A stretch of DNA of 32,675 bases from Jimgerdemannia flammicorona. Lineage: Eukaryota. The first letter of the stretch is position 1; the number at the start of each line of letters is the position of its first letter. Shown here in pieces: positions 23,602-32,675 of this stretch. The stretch is from the NCBI GenBank assembly GCA_003990765.1, contig RBNJ01000339.1, forward strand, positions 1 through 32,675, written 5' to 3'. The notes beneath the pieces are model-generated. The model saw only the letters and a list, made by a program, of their open reading frames with translations. It did not search any database and had not been told where the DNA came from. The translations under genes were made by a program, and so were the position numbers.

Positions 23602-25380
23602 AATTTTTTCTCTTATATCCTTTTTATAAAGATATATAAAATTATTTTAGCAATATTTATAAAAAACTTATTAAAATTAATAAAGATAATTAATTTTCTT
23701 TTAAATGTTTTATTCATTGTCATTATGTTGGTCTTGGACAAGTAATATCTTTAAATTGATCTCTAACAAATGAGCAAATATTGTAATAGAGGTACTCTTG
23801 GTATTTCAATTTCATAGGAAGAGGCTTAAGCACTAGAAATAATAAGACTTTGATTTTTTCTATAGCTTGAGGAGTTGTGGATTTACTAGTCTTTAATAAA
23901 TTAAATTTCTAAAAAAGACCATTTGTGACTTCTTGGACTTTGATAATACCTAGATTTGCTTTAGTAAAAAGAAAATGTTAAACCTTTTGCAGACTAAGTA
24001 ATTTTCTAAAATAAGTTTCTAGGCTACTGAGAATGTCATAATATTAAAACCCTTCATCATCATTATAATATTGAGCTTTATTTAATCTGGCAATGCTGGA
24101 CCTTTTTATTACATCAATGACATTATTTATAAAGTCTACTATAGTCTTGTGATAAAGTCTTTTGATCAGTCTGAAGCTTCTATCATATTTGAATTTAGTA
24201 TAGCCTAGAACTATAAAGTTCAATTTAATACTTTCATAATAACTGGCAATCACCAGATATAGGTAAAACCAAAGAATAGTATTATTTTTATTTTGTCCAT
24301 CTGTATTATTGCATATAACTTTCAGATACTTCTCACTTTTATTCAATTGCTTAATTCTATTAAAGGCCAGACTAAGCATATCATTCAGATCCTTTTTGAT
24401 GAGCTCATTCTTATCCAGTATGTAATTAATTTGCTTATACACTACTTCATCTTAGATACCAAATAAATATACTTTGCAAGTACTAAGATAATATACTTTG
24501 CCAATCTATTGATCTGAATAAGGCACATAGATATTTTGAGCTCAGTCATAACTGTAATAGACCACTGTATCAATATTATAGTATTGTATCTCACTATTTA
24601 GTATAGAATTATTCTGGTCAATGAGTTTCCTCTATTCTTCAGCCAACTTGGTATTTTTGTTATAATAATGTCATTCCAACTTGACTTTGGTCAGATGCTT
24701 TTTATATCTTTTTAATAAATTCTAGATCTCTTCTTCTTTATAAACTTTGAATTATAAGTCATTCTGCAAATATTGACAGATATCACATAAATTAGTTTGA
24801 GGACTTATGACTTAAATATATAGAGTTAGTTAATACCACAATTTACAAAAGGCATAATATTTAGAGGTATATAATTTACTATCTTCTTTTAGATCAGCTA
24901 AAAAGTTCTGGTAAATGAATTTATAGTTCATTTCTATAGATAAAAAGATAATTGACTGAGTGACTTAATTAATATTTCTGACTAAGCTAAATAAGCTATG
25001 AACTTTGGTATAGTTTAGCAAAAAATTCTTAACAGTAATAGTAATATCAATATTGATGACCATCTTGATTTTTCACTATAGTATTCTCTTATATTACTAT
25101 AGACTTGTAACAGAAGACCATTCTTGAGCAAGTAATTTCAGATATTTTCAAAATGATTATGGCCAATACTAAGCATATTGAGATAAGTTTTTTGATAAAG
25201 AGATATATTATAATTTCAGTAGTAGATAGTTCTCTTATTGATATAAGTCTTGTTCTTGAGATATTAACTAGTATTGATCACTCCTCCATCTATGGCTTTG
25301 AGTTGGGCTATTAAAAATATATTTTGTTCTGACTTGGAAAGTACTTGAAAGGCTTCTTATAATTTGGTAAACTCTTCTTT

Positions 25381-25783
25381 TGTAACATTTTAGCATAGTT
25401 TATTCCTTTTCTTTGTCTTTCTTCAATATTCTACAACCTTCTGATACTTTCTGAATGCTTAGAAATCCTTTCTTGGTGCCGAGCATTAACTAGTACTTAT
25501 TTAGTTAGTCACTGAATGTCCTGGAAACTTGTAGAACTTTATTTGTCACTATTTGTCATCTTTGCTGAGAACTTTCCTCTTGGTATTTTCCTTTGATTTC
25601 TCAGATCCTTCTGGATCCTCCTTTCAGATCTTGTATAAATATCCCCTTTGTTCTTATGAATAAAGTCTCAGAATATTTTCTCCCAGAAATCCTTTGAGAA
25701 CACTTGAATCCTTAGTATCTCTTCGAGCTACTTAGGACTACCAGAATTAGTCACTTCCTCATTTAGAAACTAGAACCATTACA
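25381..25783 (+). repeat. 5' LTR (403 bp)
   Basis: tgtaacatttt...gaaccattaca, with tataaat and aataaa signals. About 21 substitutions versus the 3' LTR by manual alignment. Confidence 0.97.
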
Positions 25784-25785
25784 CT

Positions 25786-25796
25786 TGATAGCAGTG
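25786..25796 (+). promoter_or_regulatory. Degenerate primer-binding site (TGATAGCAGTG, two transitions from TGGTAGCAGCG)
   Basis: Lies 2 nt after the 5' LTR. Resembles the TGGTAGC-type complement of an initiator-Met tRNA 3' end. Confidence 0.5.
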
Positions 25797-25851
25797 GTGA
25801 AGTTATACCTAGCCTTATCAAGACACCTCTCAAGATATCAGTCACAACACT

Positions 25852-28800
25852 ATAGAGGACAATGGGTGGAACCCTTCATACAGTACCTACGATCCAAGCA
25901 ATGCCTCTTACCACCAGCAAGAAGAAGAAGAGGAACAGCCAATCTCCACCCAGTCAACTGGGTCCATCGAGAGTCTTTTGCAAACTGCATTAGCTCAGAT
26001 CGCCTAACTTTAAGAACGCATAGAAAGAAAGGAAAGCAAGGCCTCCACTCATACCTCCATACCTCCACCGACATCAATACATCCGACAGTAGTCACTATC
26101 AAGCCTCAGAAGCCTGACACCTTTAATGGTCAAAGAGGAGGACTGTCTACCAATGCCTGGCTTTTCCAATTGGAGCAATATGGAGAACTGACCAATTTGG
26201 AAGAAACAACACTAGTCCAATTTGCCGCCACACTCCTCCAAGAGAATGCTGCAATCTGGTGGCAAAATCATGTCCAGAATACCAGATTCTCTGGCCGAAT
26301 CAAGACCTGGGGCGAATTCTCTGATGCTATTCAAGGCCAATTCAAACTGGTCAACAGCACCAAGGCTGCGCGAGACCATCTGGCAAACGTCAAACAACTC
26401 AAGTCTGTACAAGCATATAATGCACAATTCCTGTCAATTCTGCTAGAATTACCACATGTCACTGAATATGAGAAGGTTGACAAGTACATCTGAGGTTTGA
26501 AAGGCCAAACCCGAGTTCATGTTGAACTAGAAGAACCCAAGGACCTAGACACAGCAATGAAAATTGCTGATAGGTTTGATGTCATCACCTATGGTCACCA
26601 CTTCGAATAGAAGAGACCGCCTTTCAACAACAACAACCACAGAAGGGAGGAACCCAAAGTCAGAACTATTGGACCTGCCCCCATGGACCTAGACACTATT
26701 GACAAGAGCAAGAAAGGAAAACTTACACCTGAGGAAAAGGAGCACCTCAAGAAGGCTGGAGCCTGCTTCTTTTGCCGCTAGCCTGGTCACATTGCAACCA
26801 AATGTCCCAAGAAAACTGCAGAACCAAAGAGGATCCTGGTCCTGTCCAAAGATACTCAAGGTCAACCAGTCAAATAAGAAGTTGTACTCAATTTTATACG
26901 AGTCAACCCCAAGGCCCAGATCCCTCAAGTACAGTCAGAAGGAGCCATTGGTTTGGACCTTCAAGCAGTACAACAAGTCACTATTCCAGTACATGAAAGA
27001 AGGCTCATTCCAACTGGCCTTTCAGTCGAAATCCCCAAGGAACATTATGCAAGAATTGCACCAAGATCTGGCCTCAGCTTCAAGCACTCATTAGATGTTG
27101 GTGCTGGAGTCATAGACCCTGACTTCTGAGATGAAATGCAAGTTCTGCTAGTCAACCACAAGAACCAGCCATATACTGTCAATGAAAGAGATAGAATTGC
27201 ACAGCTCATTCTGGAGTAAGCCACCCTACCAGTTGTCAAAGAAGTTACCAAGCTATCTTCCACTAAGCGAGATCAGAAAGGCTTTGGCAGCACTGACAAA
27301 GTTGCAAGCATAGCTGAGAACCAAGCCAATTCAATACTCATTTTCAAAGGTCTAGTTAAGGGACAAGAACTAGATGTTCTCATAGACAGTGGAGCTATTG
27401 GGAACTTCATCAACAAGAACCTCATCGATAAGCTCAAGATTTTCACCAAACCAGCTAGTAAGAATGGTGGAGTTATCACTGCAGATGGCACCACCTTACC
27501 AATTGACTCAATTGCCACTAAACTTTCCCTCAAGATCCAGAAGTACTGGGAACATTTAGATTTTGAGGTAGTACTACTAGGAGACCATGACCTGATCCTA
27601 GGCAAACTCTGGCTTATGCGGCACAACTCCTAGATTAATTGGACCAAGAATGAAGTCACCTTGATTCAAGATGGAGCCAATATTACCATCAAGCCAGACA
27701 AGACTCAGACAAGAACCCCAATTGCTACCCTTTCAGCAATCCAGTTCAAGAAGGCCCTCAAGAAAGCTACCTGTGCCTTTGTGGTACTGATCTGACCAAA
27801 GAAAGAAAACAAGAAGCTATCAATTGATGAAAGCGTCAAGTTACTGCTGAACAAGTACAAGGATGTCTTTCCAGACAAACTACCTGGTCTACCACCTTCA
27901 AGAGACCATGACCACGAAATCAAGTTGGTACCTGATGCAGCTATACCTAAGAAGAAAATGTACCGCATGTCTCAACTTGAAATTGAAGCAGTCAAGAAGG
28001 AACTCAATAAACTCATTGAATGAGGAGCCATTCAGCCAAGCAAGTCACCCTTTGGCTCCCCAGTCCTATTTGTCAAGAAAAAGGATGATACTCTGCAAAT
28101 GTGCATAGACTACCGAGCACTCAACAAGATCACTGTCAAGAACCACTATCTGCTACCACTCATAGATTAAATCTTTGATATGCTCAAGAATGCAAAGTAC
28201 TTCACCAAGATTGATCTCATCTCTGGGTATTACCAAATTCGAATCAAGCCAGAAGATATACCCAAGACTGCCTTCATGACACTCTTTGGACTCTATGAGT
28301 TTCTAGTCATGGCCTTTGGTCTCACCAATATGCCAGCAATCTTTCAAGACCTCATGCAAACTGTCTTCAAGGATCAGCTCTATATCTTTGTACTTGTGTA
28401 CATTGATGATATCCTGATCTTCAGTAGCACCAAAGAAGAACACCTCAAGCATATTGAACAAGTCCTCAAGATCCTCTGTGAGAACAAGCTCTATGCAAAG
28501 CTCAAGAAATGTGAATTTTTTAAGGATCAAGTCGAATACCTTGGACACATTGTATCAGCCAAAGGAATTCAAGTAGACCCAAGGAAAATACAAGCCATTG
28601 AACAGTGGCCTGTACCCGCAAACCTCACTGAACTTAGGTCCTTCCTTGGTCTGGCTGGATACTACCATCGATTTGTCAAGAACTTCTCTGGCATTGTAGA
28701 ATCTTTGACAAACCTCCTGCGAAAGGAACCCAACTCTGACCTCTTTATTCCCTACATCTGGGATGCCTTCTGTCAACAAGCCTTTCAAGAACTCAAGAAC

Positions 28801-30684
28801 CGCCTGACCCATGCACCTGTCCTTAGAAACATGGACCCAAACTTAAAGTTCACAGTCACTACAGATGCATCTAACTTTGCCATTGGTGTAGTCATTTCTC
28901 AAGATGATGGTCAAGGACACCGACCTATTGCCTTTGAGTCAAAAAAATTGTCCCCAGCAGAACAAAAGCTGGCTACTCACGAAAAGGAACTCCTGGCAAT
29001 CATACATGCCCTCAAGACCTGGTGATACTATCTAGAAGGAGTTGAGTTCAATGTGATCACTGATCACAGATCCCTTCAGTATATCAACACTCAACCAACC
29101 CTTTCTTACCAACAAGCCAAGTAGAGTCAACTGCTTCAGATCTTTACCCCAAATATCATCTACAAGCCTGGCAAAACTCTAGTTATACCAGATGTACTTT
29201 CAAGGAGACCTGACCTTGCCACAATTTTACAAGTCACCATGGCACCTGAATTCCTCAACCAGATCAAGAAGGCATACAAACAAGACTCTCTGGTTCTACA
29301 AAGGAACACTAAGGAATTCAAGGAAAAGTATACCATCAAGGACAACCTCGTGTACTATCAAGACAAAGTATGCCAACCCTGAACTATGATACAAGATTCT
29401 CCATGAACACCATGACTCTCCACTAGCTGGCCACCTTGGAACTGAGAAGACCATCAAGAATATCCAACGAGACTACTACTGGCCAAACATGCTCAAGGAA
29501 ATCAAGGAGTATGTCCAAAGCTACAATCTTTGCCAAAGAAACAAGTCAAGCAACCAAGCACCTGCCAGTCTTCTACAACTCTTGTCAATTCCAACCAAGA
29601 AGTTCGAACAAGTCACAATGGACTTCATTGTATAACTTCCATGAACCAAAACAGGCTATGATGCTATTGTTGTGTTTGTGGACCGTCTCACCAAGATTAT
29701 AATTGCCGAGCCAACCACAACCAATGCCACTGCCCCAGAAATTGCAAGAATCTTCTTCAAGACTGTCTTCCACCATTATGGACTTCCCTGAGTAATTATC
29801 AGTGACCGCAACCCCAAGTTCACAAGTCACTTCTGGCAAGCACTCTTCAAGACCCTTGGAACCCAAATTGCTATGTCTACAGCTTTCCATCCTCAAACTG
29901 ATGGACAGACAGAGCAAATGAACAGAACACTTGAACAAATGCTCAGAAACTACGTGTCCTATGAGCAAGATGATTGGGACCACTATCTGACTTACGCCAA
30001 GTTCACCTACAATAATACCAACCAATCATCAACTGGCCTTTCCCCATTTCAGCTACTTTATAGTCAAAACCCGAGACCCCTGCAAGTCTAGTCCAATTCC
30101 AGCAATCCAGTCACACACAAGTCTCCACAGCCCAGAACCTTATCGACAAAATGGATTCCCTTCTCAAGATTGCCACTACAAACCTGCAAAAGGCTCAGCA
30201 ACATCAAGCTAAGTATACAGATAAGAAGTGGCGAGATGTCACATACAACATTGGCGATATGATTCTACTCAAAGCTGACAACATCAAGGCTCAATCTCAA
30301 GTCAACCGCCAGTCAGCCAAATTCCAGCCCAAGTACCTTGGACCCTTCGAGATTACCGAGCAAGTCTCTATATGGTCTTATCGTCTCAACTTGCCAACAA
30401 CCATATGTATACACCCAGTATTCCATGTGTCACAACTCAAGGCCTGGAACCAGTTACCCCCATATCTTGGCCAAATTCCGATGCCATCAGCACCAGTCAT
30501 AGTTAAAGACCACATCGAGTATGAAGTTGAGAAAATTTTAGACAAACGAGTCTGATACTGTTGCACAGAATACCTAGTCAAGTGGATGGGCTACCCTGAA
30601 TATGACGCCACCTGGGAACCTGCCGCCAACCTCAAGAACTCCCAAGATCTCATCCAAGAGTTTGAGCAAAAAGGAACTCATTGA
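25852..30684 (+). pseudogene. gag-dut-pol polyprotein with premature stops and two frameshifts (near 29373 and 30090)
   Basis: Frame +1: KPDTFNG...AWL (Gag), GPAPMDLD, CFFCR*PGHIATKC (26764-26805), LIDSGA (27379-27396), YIDD (28399-28410), TDAS and EKELLAI (RNase H). Frame +2: HDSPLAGH, VTMDF, ISDRNPKF, HPQTDGQTE. Back in frame +1: YLGPF and YEVEKIL...YLVKW.GY...TWEP (chromodomain), stop 30682-30684. Confidence 0.95.
26881..27297 (+). pseudogene. dut: Trimeric dUTPase domain embedded in the retrotransposon polyprotein
   Basis: All five motifs in order: AIGLDLQA, IAPRSGLS, AGVIDPDF*DE, DRIAQLI, RDQKGFGSTD. In frame with Gag and protease; stops at 27127 (TGA) and 27217 (TAA) are single C>T changes. 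Confidence 0.93.
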
Positions 30685-30984
30685 CTGCCCGTGAGGTTCT
30701 CTCCTTGGATAGTAGATGACCTACTGTGCTGATCAGGCACATTATGCATTGGGGCTCTCTAAGGGATACAGCATCAGAAGCAAGAGATACAGGAGAACCC
30801 TATAAATCCTACAACCAATGAGGTTCAAACCAGTTCTCATCTGATCAAGATGATACTTTGGCTCTCGCCTTATACAAGGATGGCCAATCCTTGCCAATGA
30901 GTTGGTATATTTAATTTGAAGTTTCTTTTAGTTTTATTGTTTATTATATATAACTTTGAGAATTCAACGAGGACGTTGATTCTT

Positions 30985-30997
30985 AAGGAGGGGGAGA
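30985..30997 (+). promoter_or_regulatory. Polypurine tract
   Basis: aaggagggggaga abuts the 3' LTR and is preceded by a small hairpin tcaacg-agga-cgttga. Confidence 0.9.
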
Positions 30998-31400
30998 TGT
31001 AATATTTTAGCATAGTTTATTCCTTTTCTTTGTCTTTCTTTAATATTCTACAACCTTCTGGTACTTTCCGAATGCTTAGAAATCCTTTCTTGGCGCTGAG
31101 CATTAATTAGTACTTATTTAGTTAGTCACTGAATATCCTGGAAACTTATAGAACTTTATTTGTCACCATTTGTCATCTTTGCTGAGAACTTTCCTCTTGG
31201 TATTTTCCTTTGATTTCTCAGATCCTTCTGGATCCTCCTTTCAGATCTTGTATAAATATCCCCTTTGTTCTTATGAATAAAGCCTCAGAATATTTTCTCT
31301 CAGAAATTCTTCGAGAACACTTGAATTCTTAGTATCTCTTTGAGCTACTTAGGACCACTAGAATTAGTTGCTTCCTTATTTAGAAACTAGAACCATTACA
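30998..31400 (+). repeat. 3' LTR (403 bp)
   Basis: tgtaatatttt...gaaccattaca followed by the TSD tcttt. Confidence 0.97.
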
Positions 31401-32025
31401 TCTTTAGGTACTTTGGAAGAATAACTATAACTATAATCTACTTTCAAGAACTTAATTGCTTTTTTATATTCAGTCATCATAACTATATAATATATTTTAT
31501 GCATAGTTTGTCTGGTTTTGTAAAATTTCTTCTGTGCAGTATCTTAAAAAATACATAGAACTATTTCTATATACTTTACTCTTTATATTTTTATTTTTTT
31601 CTTAATTCTTCAAATGTTTTTGGTAATTTTTGCTTCTTAGAATTTAACTCTCCTTGACTTCATCTAGAAATCTCTTCTTGGAAAGTGATATTTATATTTC
31701 TATTAAAATTGACATATAATTGCTGGTAAATTTCATAAATAATTTTCTCTTTATCTAAATATTCTTGAATAGCTTTGGTATCAGATATTTTGAAAACATA
31801 TGGGGCAATTTTCTCACCTTGTTCTTGTTTCAAAATGCTCCTGATGGTACTATAGTTTTTCGGTTCCATAGTGGATTTAATATAAACTAATTTCATATTT
31901 ATATATTTACATAGGGATAATCTTACATATGTCCCATAACGTAAACTCATTGAGAAAGTCAAAAATTATTTTTTCTAAGCCTCCGCCCACGTGACTGTTC
32001 GTGTCACCACTTTAATCACGTCAAC

Positions 32026-32675
32026 ACGAACGCGAGGGCCGCCTACTTCCATGATACCGAACCTTCCAAATGGTCTCTTCTAGATTTCTTAAACTGGGCC
32101 TCGAGCTCAGTAGGATTTCGAGGAAAAGATGCTGAACATAGCGCATTCAAGGCTCTCATCAAGAACATTGCCAAGAACGATAAAGATGATTTCAGAGTCG
32201 AAAAAGCGCAAAAACTACTTGACGGCTGGAAGGTAAGTGAATAGTTTGTTCAATTGCTGGGCCAAGGGCTTGGCGGTTGCACGGTCTACAACGGGACTTG
32301 TTGACGCACTTGACTGGCCAGGAGCTAGTTCAAGTGTAGGGCCAGGAGCTTGTCGCAGTCCAATCGGCAAAACATTGTTTTGCAGCCAAGAGCTTCGAAC
32401 GTTGTGGAAGGCCTGTGACCATAGCTACGACACACTTTGAGTGGCCAGGAGCTAGCTTAAAGTGCATGGGCCAGGAGCTCCGTCGTAGCTCACCACAGAA
32501 CCGTCACTTACATATACTCTCTTCTACTATACATTCTTCCAAGTTGATTAAGGAGTCCGAAAGTGTCACAACGTTCTGGAAGTTATGGAATAATAGGAAG
32601 GTTCAACGTCAACTGAATAACTATAAATTACAAAGGACGGAAAGAATATTGCAGGCTGAATTGCACGATGTAAGT
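32026..32675 (+). CDS. 5' part of a spliced gene or pseudogene of unknown function running off the window (exons ~32026-32232, 32553-32669)
   Basis: Open, protein-like frames ..AYFHDTEPSKWSLLDFLNW...KAQKLLDGWK|GTAAGT and AAG|ESESVTTFWKLWNN...LQAELHD|GTAAGT, both phase 0. No nearby in-frame ATG; ACG at 32026 sits where a start would fit. Confidence 0.55.

Larger units (their letters stand above)
25381..31400 (+). mobile_element. Full-length Ty3/gypsy chromovirus LTR retrotransposon (6020 bp), inactivated, carrying a dUTPase
   Basis: TG...CA LTRs, 5-bp TSD TCTTT (25376-25380, 31401-31405), PBS-like and PPT sites. Domain order Gag-CCHC-dUTPase-PR-RT-RNaseH-IN-chromodomain. Confidence 0.97.
23723..31869 (-). 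pseudogene. Degenerate DDE-type transposase (DUF7869 / Sola-like), split by the LTR element: 5' part 31869-31406, 3' part 25380-23723
   Basis: Eroded motifs: SPQTNLCDICQ (CxxC), YYSYD*AQN (first catalytic D), ICNNTDGQNKNN (DNxxGQNKN), LGYTKFKYDRSF (GHTKFxxD), and C-terminal YLY..I...V....KDITCPRPT*. Removing the LTR element and one TCTTT restores the frame (SSKVPKE|EFTKL). Confidence 0.75.

Noticed and set aside
23602..23640. Shine-Dalgarno-like AAAGGA and hairpin upstream of the coiled-coil gene
   Set aside because: Too far from the ATG and easily produced by chance in AT-rich DNA; not used as evidence.
30685..30960. Extra ORF (env-like) between chromodomain and PPT
   Set aside because: Two frames are semi-open if stops are reverted, but there is no recognisable motif or hydrophobic segment; treated as 3' UTR.
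32310..32480. Spaced ggccaggagct repeats as a CRISPR array
   Set aside because: Repeats are 11 bp with irregular spacing, inside a eukaryotic intron, and there are no cas genes.

Overview
Eukaryotic, intron-rich fungal nuclear DNA. The gene style and repeat content suggest an early-diverging Mucoromycota lineage such as Endogonales; this is inference. Intact-looking spliced genes: a secreted Cys-rich GPI-anchor-type protein, a PQ-loop transporter (with a GC-AG intron), a hexokinase, an EH-domain endocytic scaffold and a pyruvate dehydrogenase kinase that appears to need a single-nucleotide exon. A frameshifted PQ-loop paralog lies on the other side of the hexokinase. From about 21.95 to 31.99 kb is an AT-rich, intron-less degenerate island. 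It holds a DDE-type transposase relic and two tightly packed coiled-coil genes that resemble proteins of Mycoplasma-related endobacteria (MRE), with TGA at several expected Trp positions. A complete 6.0-kb Ty3/gypsy chromovirus (403-bp LTRs, TCTTT target-site duplication) has inserted into the transposase and encodes a dUTPase between the Gag zinc knuckle and the protease. The repeats are eroded mainly by C>T/G>A transitions. All calls come from manual reading and translation, with no database searches.
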